A DNA stretch of 64,000 bases from an uncultured Methanosarcinales archaeon. GTDB lineage: Archaea; Nanobdellota; Nanobdellia; Woesearchaeales; CAZKBD01. Every line of letters begins with the position of its first letter. The first letter of the stretch is position 1. The DNA lies in assembly GCA_964550945.1 (NCBI GenBank), contig CAZKBD010000001.1, positions 289-64,288 of the forward strand. Reading direction: 5' to 3'. The translations under genes were made by a program, and so were the position numbers. The notes beneath the pieces are model-generated. The model was not told the DNA's origin. It was given only the letters and a program-made list of their open reading frames with translations, and made no database searches. Positions 10,028 to 19,035 of this stretch are shown here, in pieces.

Positions 10028-11212
10028 TGTCTGGCAAGAATCTCTTAGATAGCTATTAACTAATTTATCGCAAACTGAATAGTCTTTTTGGTCTAAAACA
10101 AAATTCATATAGCAGGAATCCCTTATCGATTCTTTGGCAATGCCTTCGCAAGCTGAACTGTCAATTTTTGCTTTTGCAATAGATGCATAACATCTGTCTT
10201 TTGACAATTCTTCTGCAATCTTGTCGCAGAAGATGGCATTTTTTGCCACTTCAGCAATGTTCCTGAAGCAGCTATCTCTGTACATTGCAATATCAACCAT
10301 ATCGCAATAATTTGCTGCTGATCTTACATCTGTTTCAGAGATTTTCTTGATTTTATCCAATGTCTCAGTCAAAGTAAGGCCTTCAAACATATCTGTTTGC
10401 TGCTCAATGCAGTCCTTAGAGCATTTTGCAGGAGTCTCTGATTCTTCGCAGATGTTATTGCCGCAGCACGGCATAATTTGTTTATGCTTGCATTCAGAAT
10501 TTTCATCACAATAGTCTTCTGTGCAAAGGTCATAATCATTGCAGCTTGGCGGGCATTTCTTTTCTGCCTCACATGGTTTGCATGCCCCTCCACAATCAAC
10601 GCCTTCTTCATTTTGGTTTTGTATCTTGTCAGTGCAGCTGGATTTTACTGATTCTTCATATATGCTGATTGTTAAAGCTGCTTTTGCTTCCTTGCCATCA
10701 TAAACAGAAACAGCATTTAGTACAGCATTGCCAGGGGCAGCATCGTCTGGAATCTTTATCTTTATTTGCTTGCTTGCTTTGGTCTCAACAGCAGCTGTTT
10801 CTTGATACGATGTTATTGTAGATGATGTATCAATAGTTACCAGGCTATAGCTGGTTGTTGCATCAACTCTTTTTCCGAAATTCGTTAGCTCTCTAATGAA
10901 AACAATCTCTTGGCCAGGCATTACGGTTGTCTGCACTGGCTCTAACTTAATGTCAAGAATAGCTTCCTGGCCAGGTTTAAGGTATATCACCAAAGAAGCA
11001 ACTACCAATGCAAGCCCTATCACAACAAATAACAATGTTAATACCGTTGTTTTTGAAAGATGATGCACTACATGTGTTGTTGAATAAGCCTTGCTAATCG
11101 AACTATTGATATCATTCTGGCTGTATCCAGAATTGATAAGATGGGCCCTTATGCTATCAATGTCATAGCCCTGCTCAAGGTACTGTTTTATGAATTCGAC
11201 TAGCTTTTGCAC
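10004..11212 (-). CDS. Single-pass membrane protein: small cytoplasmic N-domain, TM, extracellular beta-domain, Cys-rich module and (K/R)D(S/Y)C(F/Y/I) repeats
   Basis: Paralog of 19775..20893: MQKLVEFIKQYLEQGYDIDSIRAHLINSGY versus MPQKLTVYIKQQLDRGFDINSIREHLIQYGY. TM helix at residues ~57-78. GVDCGGACKPCE Cys cluster. Repeats YRDSCF / KDRCY / RDSCY / RDSCQ. The start codon is GTG at 11212. Confidence 0.65.
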   Translation of the reverse strand: MQKLVEFIKQYLEQGYDIDSIRAHLINSGYSQNDINSSISKAYSTTHVVHHLSKTTVLTLLFVVIGLALVVASLVIYLKPGQEAILDIKLEPVQTTVMPGQEIVFIRELTNFGKRVDATTSYSLVTIDTSSTITSYQETAAVETKASKQIKIKIPDDAAPGNAVLNAVSVYDGKEAKAALTISIYEESVKSSCTDKIQNQNEEGVDCGGACKPCEAEKKCPPSCNDYDLCTEDYCDENSECKHKQIMPCCGNNICEESETPAKCSKDCIEQQTDMFEGLTLTETLDKIKKISETDVRSAANYCDMVDIAMYRDSCFRNIAEVAKNAIFCDKIAEELSKDRCYASIAKAKIDSSACEGIAKESIRDSCYMNFVLDQKDYSVCDKLVNSYLRDSCQTLNQAQAI

Positions 11213-11340
11213 TTTAGTTCCCTAACTTCTTCTATTGTGAATTTTATTACCTTTCCTTTTTTTAGATTATAGATCCTTTTATCATCTACATCAAATATTA
11301 TTCCGATAGAATTTCCAATTCTTTTTACTATCTTTTCCAT
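11200..11340 (-). CDS. 46-aa micro-ORF, possible AbrB/MazE-like small regulator
   Basis: MEKIVKRIGNSIGIIFDVDDKRIYNLKKGKVIKFTIEEVRELKCKS. Overlaps the start of the downstream membrane-protein gene. Not in the ORF track because it is under 60 aa. Weak call. Confidence 0.25.
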   Translation of the reverse strand: MEKIVKRIGNSIGIIFDVDDKRIYNLKKGKVIKFTIEEVRELKCKS

Positions 11341-11447
11341 TATACAATGTAATACAATGTATAACCTGTTTAAATATTTTTCTATTTCTAATATGCTGAT
11401 AGAACTAAGCGATCAAGAAGATAGCTAACTAGGATTCTGCTACTGGA

Positions 11448-11924
11448 TTAAGATGTGCATGCCTGTTCTATGGCTGGTGTCCCAGTGCAACCTGTAGGTG
11501 TTGAGGAAGCTACTTCTCTTGTTTGTTTGCCGCCCACACACTCTCCCCACGCTGAATAAGTGTAAGTACATGTAGGGGTTGTTTGTTGCTGAGCTGGTGT
11601 ACAAGCCTGCTCTGTGGCAGGTATTCCGGTGCAACCTGTTGGAACAGCAGAAGCTACTGTGCGAATTTGTTTACTATTAGTGCATTCTCCCCACGCTGAA
11701 TAAGCATATGTGCATACAGCTGGTTGTGGAGCCTGCTGAGCTGTGGTCTGCTGGTAAGTTGGCGGTATGTTCGACACTTCAGTGGACTTCTTATCATCAT
11801 TTTTCTCCTCTTTGTTGCAGCATTCGCCGCAGCAATCACAACCACTACATCCAACCAAGAATACGGAAGCTAACAAAGAGGCAATAATCCCTGCAATAAT
11901 CAAAATCTTTGCTATTTTGTCCAT
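11448..11924 (-). CDS. Cys-cluster lipoprotein (lipobox LVGC, CSGCDCCGECC) with two tandem W..W..C repeats
   Basis: N-terminus MDKIAKILIIAGIIASLLASVFLVGCSGCDCCGECCNKEE. Two ~40-aa repeats CTYxYSAWGECxxxKQxRxVASxxPTGCTGxPAxEQACT. Confidence 0.6.
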   Translation of the reverse strand: MDKIAKILIIAGIIASLLASVFLVGCSGCDCCGECCNKEEKNDDKKSTEVSNIPPTYQQTTAQQAPQPAVCTYAYSAWGECTNSKQIRTVASAVPTGCTGIPATEQACTPAQQQTTPTCTYTYSAWGECVGGKQTREVASSTPTGCTGTPAIEQACTS

Positions 11925-11976
11925 CGTTAATGCTTCTTTTAGGGGTATATGAATTTTATCGCTAAACTAATGCATA

Positions 11977-12186
11977 TCATAAGGCATTAATTGGTTGAGA
12001 GCTTATTATTAAATGGTCTATAACTTCAGGCGCTTGAGTGTTACTTGAAGAGCTAGTATTGTTTTTGTCTTCCTTGTTGCAGCATTCTCCGCAGCAATCA
12101 CATCCGCTGCATCCAGTCAAGAAAACCATTATCAACAAAGAAGTGATAATTCCTGCAATAATCAAAATCTTTGCTATTTTACCCAT
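11977..12186 (-). CDS. Cys-cluster lipoprotein paralog (LTGC lipobox, CSGCDCCGECC)
   Basis: MGKIAKILIIAGIITSLLIMVFLTGCSGCDCCGECCNKEDKNN, then a Ser-rich tail. Near-identical N-terminus to 11448..11924. Confidence 0.55.
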   Translation of the reverse strand: MGKIAKILIIAGIITSLLIMVFLTGCSGCDCCGECCNKEDKNNTSSSSNTQAPEVIDHLIISSQPINAL

Positions 12187-12363
12187 ATAACCACCAGTTT
12201 AATTTGGAGTATATAAATCTTATTTCTATTATGGGAGTAGTGATAAATCAAATAGCTTGATTACCAACTTGAAGAAGTGCCACTATTGCTATCTTCCCAT
12301 CCATTATGCACTAAAAAGCCTTCTGCAAATGGGCCATCTATTTGGTCAAAAACCGACCATACA

Positions 12364-12606
12364 CTAAGCGCCAGCATCAGGAACAGCCTCCTCATTTATC
12401 CCCACTTTATAACAACTTCTCTCTGCGAGATTTGATGTACTAGATGCACTACTGTCTTTGTTGGTATCATCTTTATTAGGATTTTTGTCATCAGATTTTT
12501 CAGGATCGCAGCATTCGCCGCAGCAATCACAAGCAACTAAGAATATCAAAAGCAAAATTGATACTGTAAAACCCAATCTAATTAGGGCCCTTCCTAAATC
12601 TCCCAT
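12364..12606 (-). CDS. Cys-cluster lipoprotein paralog (LVAC lipobox, CDCCGECC)
   Basis: MGDLGRALIRLGFTVSILLLIFLVACDCCGECCDPEKSDDKN... Third member of the tandem family. Confidence 0.5.
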   Translation of the reverse strand: MGDLGRALIRLGFTVSILLLIFLVACDCCGECCDPEKSDDKNPNKDDTNKDSSASSTSNLAERSCYKVGINEEAVPDAGA

Positions 12607-12733
12607 ACCGACATTGATTCAACTGGAGATATATAAATCTTGTTATGCTCTAGAATATATCTCATAAAATATATCGCCTTAAAGATAGAAAAGCTTAATA
12701 AGAGGCTTATATGGATATTTTTGGGGGATTTGA

Positions 12734-14263
12734 ATGAAAGTACTATTTGTCAGACCACCAAGATATAAATGGCCTTTTCATTCGGAGAAAAGCAGCTTTT
12801 GGCAGCCATTAGGCTTTGCTTCAATGGCAGCTGTCTTAAGGGATGGAGTAGATGGACTTGACATAAAGATTATTGATTGCCCTGTACAACAATTTGGGTG
12901 GAAAACAACAGAAGAAATAATTTCAAGGGAAAATCCAGATATTCTTTGCGTAGGAGAAGAAACAGTCTCGGCTCATGAAGCAATCAAACTGGTGCATATC
13001 ACCAAATCTTTGTTTCCTTCTTGCATTGTTATTGCAGGAGGTAATCATTTTGCATATATGATCAAAGATAGTCTATTAAGTCAGCCTATCGACTTCATTG
13101 TAAGATTCGAAGGAGAACAAACTCTTTTGGAGCTCATAAGGGCTATCAAGAAAAACCCAAAACCTAACATTAAAAAACTAAAGAGAATAAAAGGAATAGC
13201 ATTTTTGCATGAAAATAAGATAATTGAAACTGAGTTAAGGCCTTTGCTCGATATGGAAAAGCTGCCATTGCCTGCTTATGACCTATTGCCTATGGAATTA
13301 TATGGTAAAGGAGCTAGGTCGCATCCAGACTTAGTTGCAGTCGAACATTCCCGCGGTTGCAGCTGTTCATGCAATTTTTGTATTTTGTGGAAGCAATTTG
13401 GCCAGGTTGACCTTAAAACCGGAGTTGTAAAACCATGCTACAGGACAAAGTCTCCAAAAAAAACCATTGATGAGGTTTTGTATCTGGCTAAAAAATACAA
13501 AAGAAAAACCTTCTGCTGGGTAGATCCAACATGGAATGTCAACTCCAAATGGAACTCAGAATTCTCAAAATTAATGATTGATTCTGGCCTTGATGTTGAC
13601 CATTCAGTATGGATGAGGGCAGACTGCCTTGTTAGGGACCATCAAAAAGGAATCTTTGCAAGCCAAATAAATGCAGGAATCAAACAAGTGATGATTGGCA
13701 TAGAAAGGACAGACAATGATGACCTTGCTTATTTTAACAAGAAGGGCTATTCATATGAAACAACAAAGAAAGCCTTCGAGATTGTAAAAGGCTATCCAGA
13801 GGTTTTGTCAGTTGCGAGTTATATATATGGTATACCTAATGAGACAAGGCAATCAATGAAGCGATTCTACGATTTATTGAGGGATATCCCTTTTGATATA
13901 GGGCTTGCGATCCCTTTGACCCCTAATCCAGGAACAAAATTCTTCGATGACCTTGAAAAGAGGAATCTTATCGAGATAAGGGAGTTTAAGTATTATAATT
14001 TCATTAATCCAGTCGCGAGAAGCAAATACCTTAGCAGAAATGCGTTAATGTTGAATATGGTTTGGAATGAAAACAGGGTAAGGGCAAGCAAAGAGCACCT
14101 GGTAAAATTCCAGTCAAGAGCAAAGAGAAGAAAAACAGCAACAATCAACCTAGCAAAAGGAAAGGCTCAAGTAATGTTCAGGTATGCCAAAGGAATATTG
14201 CAGGAAACCTTGCTTGGCAGATATTACAATTACAACATCAAGCCAGAGTGGTATGAGAAATGA
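12734..14263 (+). CDS. B12-binding-domain radical SAM enzyme
   Basis: N-terminal cobalamin-binding-like domain. Radical SAM Cys triad within EHSRGCSCSCNFCILW (C-x3-C-x2-C). GGGGG-type RBS upstream of the ATG. Confidence 0.8.
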   Translation: MKVLFVRPPRYKWPFHSEKSSFWQPLGFASMAAVLRDGVDGLDIKIIDCPVQQFGWKTTEEIISRENPDILCVGEETVSAHEAIKLVHITKSLFPSCIVIAGGNHFAYMIKDSLLSQPIDFIVRFEGEQTLLELIRAIKKNPKPNIKKLKRIKGIAFLHENKIIETELRPLLDMEKLPLPAYDLLPMELYGKGARSHPDLVAVEHSRGCSCSCNFCILWKQFGQVDLKTGVVKPCYRTKSPKKTIDEVLYLAKKYKRKTFCWVDPTWNVNSKWNSEFSKLMIDSGLDVDHSVWMRADCLVRDHQKGIFASQINAGIKQVMIGIERTDNDDLAYFNKKGYSYETTKKAFEIVKGYPEVLSVASYIYGIPNETRQSMKRFYDLLRDIPFDIGLAIPLTPNPGTKFFDDLEKRNLIEIREFKYYNFINPVARSKYLSRNALMLNMVWNENRVRASKEHLVKFQSRAKRRKTATINLAKGKAQVMFRYAKGILQETLLGRYYNYNIKPEWYEK

Positions 14264-14352
14264 CAAAAACAAAACACACTAGGGTTTTACCCACCAGAGA
14301 TATCTGAGAATAATCAATAAACCTCTTCGTGGGGCATTCTATCTTGCTCTTT

Positions 14353-15192
14353 TTATAATGTTTTAAAATCCTTTTTAGATTTATTGATTAAGTGATGGGA
14401 ATGTATCAAGGCGATAGAAGAAAATATTGATATCACCAACCCCGCCCACTGCCCAACACTCATCCCAAGATGCTTTGTAACTGGCACGCTCCTGCCCACA
14501 ACCAGGAAATCAATCCAGAAATTGGCAAAGCAATATAACAGCAAAAACCAGAGGATAACCTCTCCATCAAACCTTTTTCCGAATTTGCTTTTTTCTGTTT
14601 TCTCTTTCCCAAAAAACACCTTCAAGATTATAAAAATCAACAAAGCGCTTAAAGCCATATAACCTGAAGCAGGATGCCTGCAAATGCCATCAGGCCACAT
14701 GAAGCACCAAGGAAGGTCTGTTGGAGCGCCCTTAATATCGCCCCTTAATGTACAGCCAAACAAGCGATAGATAAAAAATGCCAAAGCAGCTGGAGCAGCT
14801 ATTATATCCGCAATCCTTGCGAACTCAATTTGCCAGACCTTCTTTTCTTTTTTGAACCTCACTAAAGCATAAACAACAAGCCCTATTGCCCCGCCAATAA
14901 TGCAGCCTATGCTGTATAACCCTCCTTTTGACAAATTAAAAATATCAATTATTGTCTTTAAGCCTTCCCAGTGAGCAATATAAAACCATATCCTTCCGCC
15001 TGCTAAAGCTGAAAAAAGCACTATAGAGAAGAAGACAAAATATTCCTTCACATCCATCTTCAGCTTTTGCTTTTCCAGGCCCTTGATAACCAAAAAGATA
15101 AAAATAGCAAAAGCCAAAGTCATTGCAACAGGCTCTGTCCCTAGTCTAAGCATCCCTATCTGATAATATTTTACTGGCGTGTAAATTATCAT
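14353..15192 (-). CDS. lgt: Prolipoprotein diacylglyceryl transferase
   Basis: Polytopic membrane protein with the Lgt signature region LAGGRIWFYIAHWEG (compare E. coli FLVGGRIGYVLFY) and matching overall size and topology. Confidence 0.75.
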   Translation of the reverse strand: MIIYTPVKYYQIGMLRLGTEPVAMTLAFAIFIFLVIKGLEKQKLKMDVKEYFVFFSIVLFSALAGGRIWFYIAHWEGLKTIIDIFNLSKGGLYSIGCIIGGAIGLVVYALVRFKKEKKVWQIEFARIADIIAAPAALAFFIYRLFGCTLRGDIKGAPTDLPWCFMWPDGICRHPASGYMALSALLIFIILKVFFGKEKTEKSKFGKRFDGEVILWFLLLYCFANFWIDFLVVGRSVPVTKHLGMSVGQWAGLVISIFSSIALIHSHHLINKSKKDFKTL

Positions 15193-15330
15193 ATTTTGTG
15201 TTTGAATGTCTTATCTTTATAAATGTTTTTTGATTTAGGCTCAGTAGAAATCCTAGCCGTATGTGCCACGTTTTCTGGAGAATGATTAGCATTTTCTAGA
15301 AGTTAGAAACCATTAGGTTTTCCAACTGCC

Positions 15331-15417
15331 TTGTTTGCGTAGCAAACAATGGCAAAGGCCAGACGTCTCAGCTTTGCAAAGCAAAGGTGAGGGGTTGGAA
15401 ATGTATGCATTTCCAAG
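15331..15417. promoter_or_regulatory. Cluster of four perfect palindromes in the leader of the 954-aa surface-protein gene
   Basis: ttgtttgc-gta-gcaaacaa (15331-15349), agacgtct (15361-15368), gctttgcaaagc (15371-15382), ttggaaatg-tatg-catttccaa (15396-15417). Confidence 0.4.
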
Positions 15418-15509
15418 CGAGCTTACCAAGTTCCTATACGAAGTATGGGGTTTTGGTAAGCAAAGTAGGGTATTTCGCAACATCCTCAGTTTTACCGAAA
15501 GATTTATTT

Positions 15510-18371
15510 ATGGCGGTTGCTAGAAACCAATTTGTGCTAAAAAAGAGGTGCAAGTTTATCAGCAAAAAATCTCAGATCACCATATTTATAATACTGGGGA
15601 TAATGCTAATTATCTCCATTGGCTTTGTGATAGTTATGAGGGGTCCTGAAGCAGAAATCCAGGAAAAAGAGATTATAAAGCCAACTCTTCCTAAAGTAGA
15701 AAAAGGCACATTCGAGATATACGTAAAGAATTGTATCCGTGATACAGCTATTCCTTTGATAATAGATTTTGCTAAGCATGGAGGCACTTTAGACTCATTA
15801 ACCCCGTTAAAGGATGCAAGAGTCTATTATAACGCTCCTTACAGATATCTATGCGCATACGATTTAGAGCATGGATGTGTCAATAAGATTATAACAAGAA
15901 ACGACATGGAGCAGGAGATTAATGAGCTGATAGAGCAGCCATTCCTTAAGTGCGTAAATCTTGACGCATTTACCGAGCAAAACTACAAGATCGAAACAGG
16001 CCTTTTAGCAATAAATACAACAATAAATGTGGATGATGTTGCTATTACACTAAACTATCCTATGAAAATATCCAGAGGAGAGCTTTTGTTTGAGTTAGAA
16101 ACATTCTCTGAGAAGATTGAAGTTCCTCTTGGCAGGCTTTATGATTTGGCTGTCCAGATTACAAATAGCGAAATAGTGAACAGGACATTTGACAAGGATG
16201 AATGGATGTACAAAAAAGGCGTAAATGTTATAATAGAAAAACATAAGCCCTATCCAGATATTATTTATAGATTAAATAAATACATAAAGGAGACAAATAC
16301 CAATCTGACATTCAATTTTGCAATACAAGGTTATGACACAGTTGCTTTAATTGGCTCAGAAGAGCCGATAAGCCTTTACAATTATTGCTATTTCCCAACA
16401 GAAAAAAATTGCTTTGCGAATTCTGACAAAAATAGATGCGAATCCAAAGGCGGAATCTCTGTAGAAACTCCCTTGGATTGCAGCAGTCCAACTGAATTTA
16501 CAGGCACAACCTTGTGTGATGGCCAACAATGCAACAACTGCAATGATAAGCGAAATGGTGAAACCTGGTGCTTGTATGACAGCATTTCTGGAGCAGGGCT
16601 TGATAGGGCTGGCTCAAGGCATTTCAAGCAAAGCTGCATAAACGGAAAAACATACACAGAAGAATGCAGGGATTTTAGGGAAGAATTATGCACAACAAAA
16701 GACAACAAAGCGGTTTGCAGGGAAAATAGGTGGCAGGATTGCGCCTTGCAAAATAATCTAATTGGCTGCCAGAATGAGGAATTAAGAGATTGCATCTGGT
16801 ATCCGCTGCTTTTTGACACCAAAAATTCTCTGGTTCCAAGATGCGGCCCTATTGTGCCTCCTGGATTTAGATTCTGGGCAGGAGAAGGGATGAATGTATG
16901 CGCCTTTGGCAATGATGTTGGTGAATGCCCAGACACAAAAACTTATTGCCCTGACAATTGGGATGACAGCGCTGCACAATACTGCTATTCAATAGGAGAC
17001 TGCGGAAATTATCTAAACTATCTAGGCCAGCTAACTGAAACCGGATTTTATAATTCTGATCTGATTGCTTATGATCTCCATGTACGTCCAATATTGTATT
17101 ATAAAAATCTCAAAGCAGATGACAGCAAGATTGATCTAGCTACAGGCAAGAATAATAGGGTAATTGCAAATTACGACAACCATCCTTACCCAGGCTCTTC
17201 CTACATAGCCCATGCAACTACTGATGAAATAACTGGATTTGTGAATGATTACATCGATAAAGTTTTAGATTGGGAAATTTGCGATATATTTGAATGTGAT
17301 TTTGGACTTATCCCTAAAAGGCCGCTATACAAACATTTTAAGAAATATGTTATTGGCATCAGCTTTTGCCTGCCTTGGGGCGCTCCTCCTGATGGTGATT
17401 GCGAGCAATGCAATGAAGATCCTGTTAAGCCATGCGGCGAATACAGATGTAGAAGCATCTCTAAAATATGCAATTATTATGAAGATATAAGTACAGGAAT
17501 AGGCAAGTGCGAAACACCAAGGCCAAGCTCGACAACATTAACTGTTGAGGTTGTAGAAGCGCCAGAAGGCTATAATTTCGTAAAGGATTATTTTGCCTGG
17601 AAATCCAAATTACTTGTCGGCAAAAAATTAATGCCTAAAGTTGGGCAGGATAGCGTAATGACATTAAAAGTTAATACAAACCAGGATGCAACATGCTGGA
17701 TAGCTCCTCTGCCTGAATATCTAGACACATTTATTGGAGGAGGGCAATACAGTAAAGAGCATAACCTCACAATGAATATACCTGGTGCAATTGAATTGTA
17801 TCTCAAAAAGATACAAAGCTTGATGAGTATAAGCAGCTTCTCTCAAGGCTATGCGCTTCCAGACAGCATGACTGCCAGTGATTATTTAAGATTTGAAGAT
17901 ATGCTCAAAGACACCTTCCCTGATCTTTCACCTGGAGAATTAAGGGCATTGCAAGCCTCATTAGAAAAAATAATAACAGATGCTGATTCAAGGAAATTTT
18001 ATATGTTCATCAAATGCATGGACAAATTCGGAAATATTAATAACAATAATTATATAACATTTGATATAAGCAGCGACGACAAGGCTCCAACAGTAAAGAT
18101 AGTTTCTCCTGGAAGGGATGAATCTGTTCCAGCAGGCACCATTGATTTCACTTATAAGCCAAAGGATAATATGGCATTAAAGTTATCATGCAGTTTATGG
18201 TACAACAGCACAACTGAAGAATGGCATAAGAGATCCGCTCTCCTAAGCTGGAACAATATAGAAGTCAAAATGCCTGTTGAGCTGGCTGCAGGCACATATA
18301 CCTGGAGCATTTCCTGCACAGACGGATTTAATGAAGCATTTGGAGAAAAAAGGACATTGATCGTTACTTGA
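15510..18371 (+). CDS. Large TM-anchored surface protein (954 aa): N-domain paralogous to 21371 and 35417 proteins, plus Cys-rich core and Ig-like C-terminus
   Basis: Start placed at MAVARNQFVLKKRCKFISKKSQITIFIILG, which matches the K-rich-then-QITVFIILG N-termini of the paralogs. The ORF track starts earlier at 15387. A Cys-dense segment spans residues ~360-560. Confidence 0.65.
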   Translation: MAVARNQFVLKKRCKFISKKSQITIFIILGIMLIISIGFVIVMRGPEAEIQEKEIIKPTLPKVEKGTFEIYVKNCIRDTAIPLIIDFAKHGGTLDSLTPLKDARVYYNAPYRYLCAYDLEHGCVNKIITRNDMEQEINELIEQPFLKCVNLDAFTEQNYKIETGLLAINTTINVDDVAITLNYPMKISRGELLFELETFSEKIEVPLGRLYDLAVQITNSEIVNRTFDKDEWMYKKGVNVIIEKHKPYPDIIYRLNKYIKETNTNLTFNFAIQGYDTVALIGSEEPISLYNYCYFPTEKNCFANSDKNRCESKGGISVETPLDCSSPTEFTGTTLCDGQQCNNCNDKRNGETWCLYDSISGAGLDRAGSRHFKQSCINGKTYTEECRDFREELCTTKDNKAVCRENRWQDCALQNNLIGCQNEELRDCIWYPLLFDTKNSLVPRCGPIVPPGFRFWAGEGMNVCAFGNDVGECPDTKTYCPDNWDDSAAQYCYSIGDCGNYLNYLGQLTETGFYNSDLIAYDLHVRPILYYKNLKADDSKIDLATGKNNRVIANYDNHPYPGSSYIAHATTDEITGFVNDYIDKVLDWEICDIFECDFGLIPKRPLYKHFKKYVIGISFCLPWGAPPDGDCEQCNEDPVKPCGEYRCRSISKICNYYEDISTGIGKCETPRPSSTTLTVEVVEAPEGYNFVKDYFAWKSKLLVGKKLMPKVGQDSVMTLKVNTNQDATCWIAPLPEYLDTFIGGGQYSKEHNLTMNIPGAIELYLKKIQSLMSISSFSQGYALPDSMTASDYLRFEDMLKDTFPDLSPGELRALQASLEKIITDADSRKFYMFIKCMDKFGNINNNNYITFDISSDDKAPTVKIVSPGRDESVPAGTIDFTYKPKDNMALKLSCSLWYNSTTEEWHKRSALLSWNNIEVKMPVELAAGTYTWSISCTDGFNEAFGEKRTLIVT

Positions 18372-19035
18372 TTGACTTCAGAAACAATTTTTCCAGGTCT
18401 GATTTTGGAATTTTTCTTTCAACAATCATCTTCCCATGGTCAATTATACCAATATCTGTGCAAACCTCTTTTATTACAGCCAGATCATGAGAGCTTATCA
18501 CTACTGTCTTGTTTTCAAGAGAGTTCATAAGGTCTTTTACTAGTTTGATGGCTTTGGGGTCTAATCCATTAGTAGGCTCATCCAGAATAATAAGCTCTGG
18601 ATCCCCTGTTAATGTTTTTGCTATTGACAGAAGCTTGGTCATGCCATGTGAAAGATTCTTCACCTTTGTATTTGACAACCCTACTTTAGATAATAAATCA
18701 GACGCTTCTTTCTTTGCATTCTCCACATTTTTCAGCTTTGCGAAAAAGGTTAGATTTTCTAATGCAGTCAATTCTGGATTCAAGCTCGAATTCTGCAAAA
18801 ATGCCCCTAATCTCTGCTGGATTTCATTAAAATTGTTTATGTCTACACCAAATAGTTTTATAGAGCCGGAATTAGGGTATCTTACCCTGCAGAACATAGA
18901 CAAAGTTGTTGTTTTGCCTGCTCCATTCCTTCCTATAAACCCGTATACAGAATTCTTTTTCACATTCATATCTAGCTTGTTCACCGCAATATTTTTCCCA
19001 TACTTTTTTGTCAGATCTTTTGTCTCAATTATCAT
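18364..19035 (-). CDS. ABC transporter ATP-binding protein
   Basis: Walker A GRNGAGKTT, signature LSHGM, Walker B LIILDEPTNGLD. Confidence 0.85.
   Translation of the reverse strand: MIIETKDLTKKYGKNIAVNKLDMNVKKNSVYGFIGRNGAGKTTTLSMFCRVRYPNSGSIKLFGVDINNFNEIQQRLGAFLQNSSLNPELTALENLTFFAKLKNVENAKKEASDLLSKVGLSNTKVKNLSHGMTKLLSIAKTLTGDPELIILDEPTNGLDPKAIKLVKDLMNSLENKTVVISSHDLAVIKEVCTDIGIIDHGKMIVERKIPKSDLEKLFLKSIK

Noticed and set aside
15335-15523. ORF 15335..15523 and the 5' extension of the 15387 ORF
   Set aside because: The region is dense in perfect palindromes and GC-enriched. The paralog N-termini indicate the true start is the Met before KKRCKFISKKSQITIFIILG at 15510.
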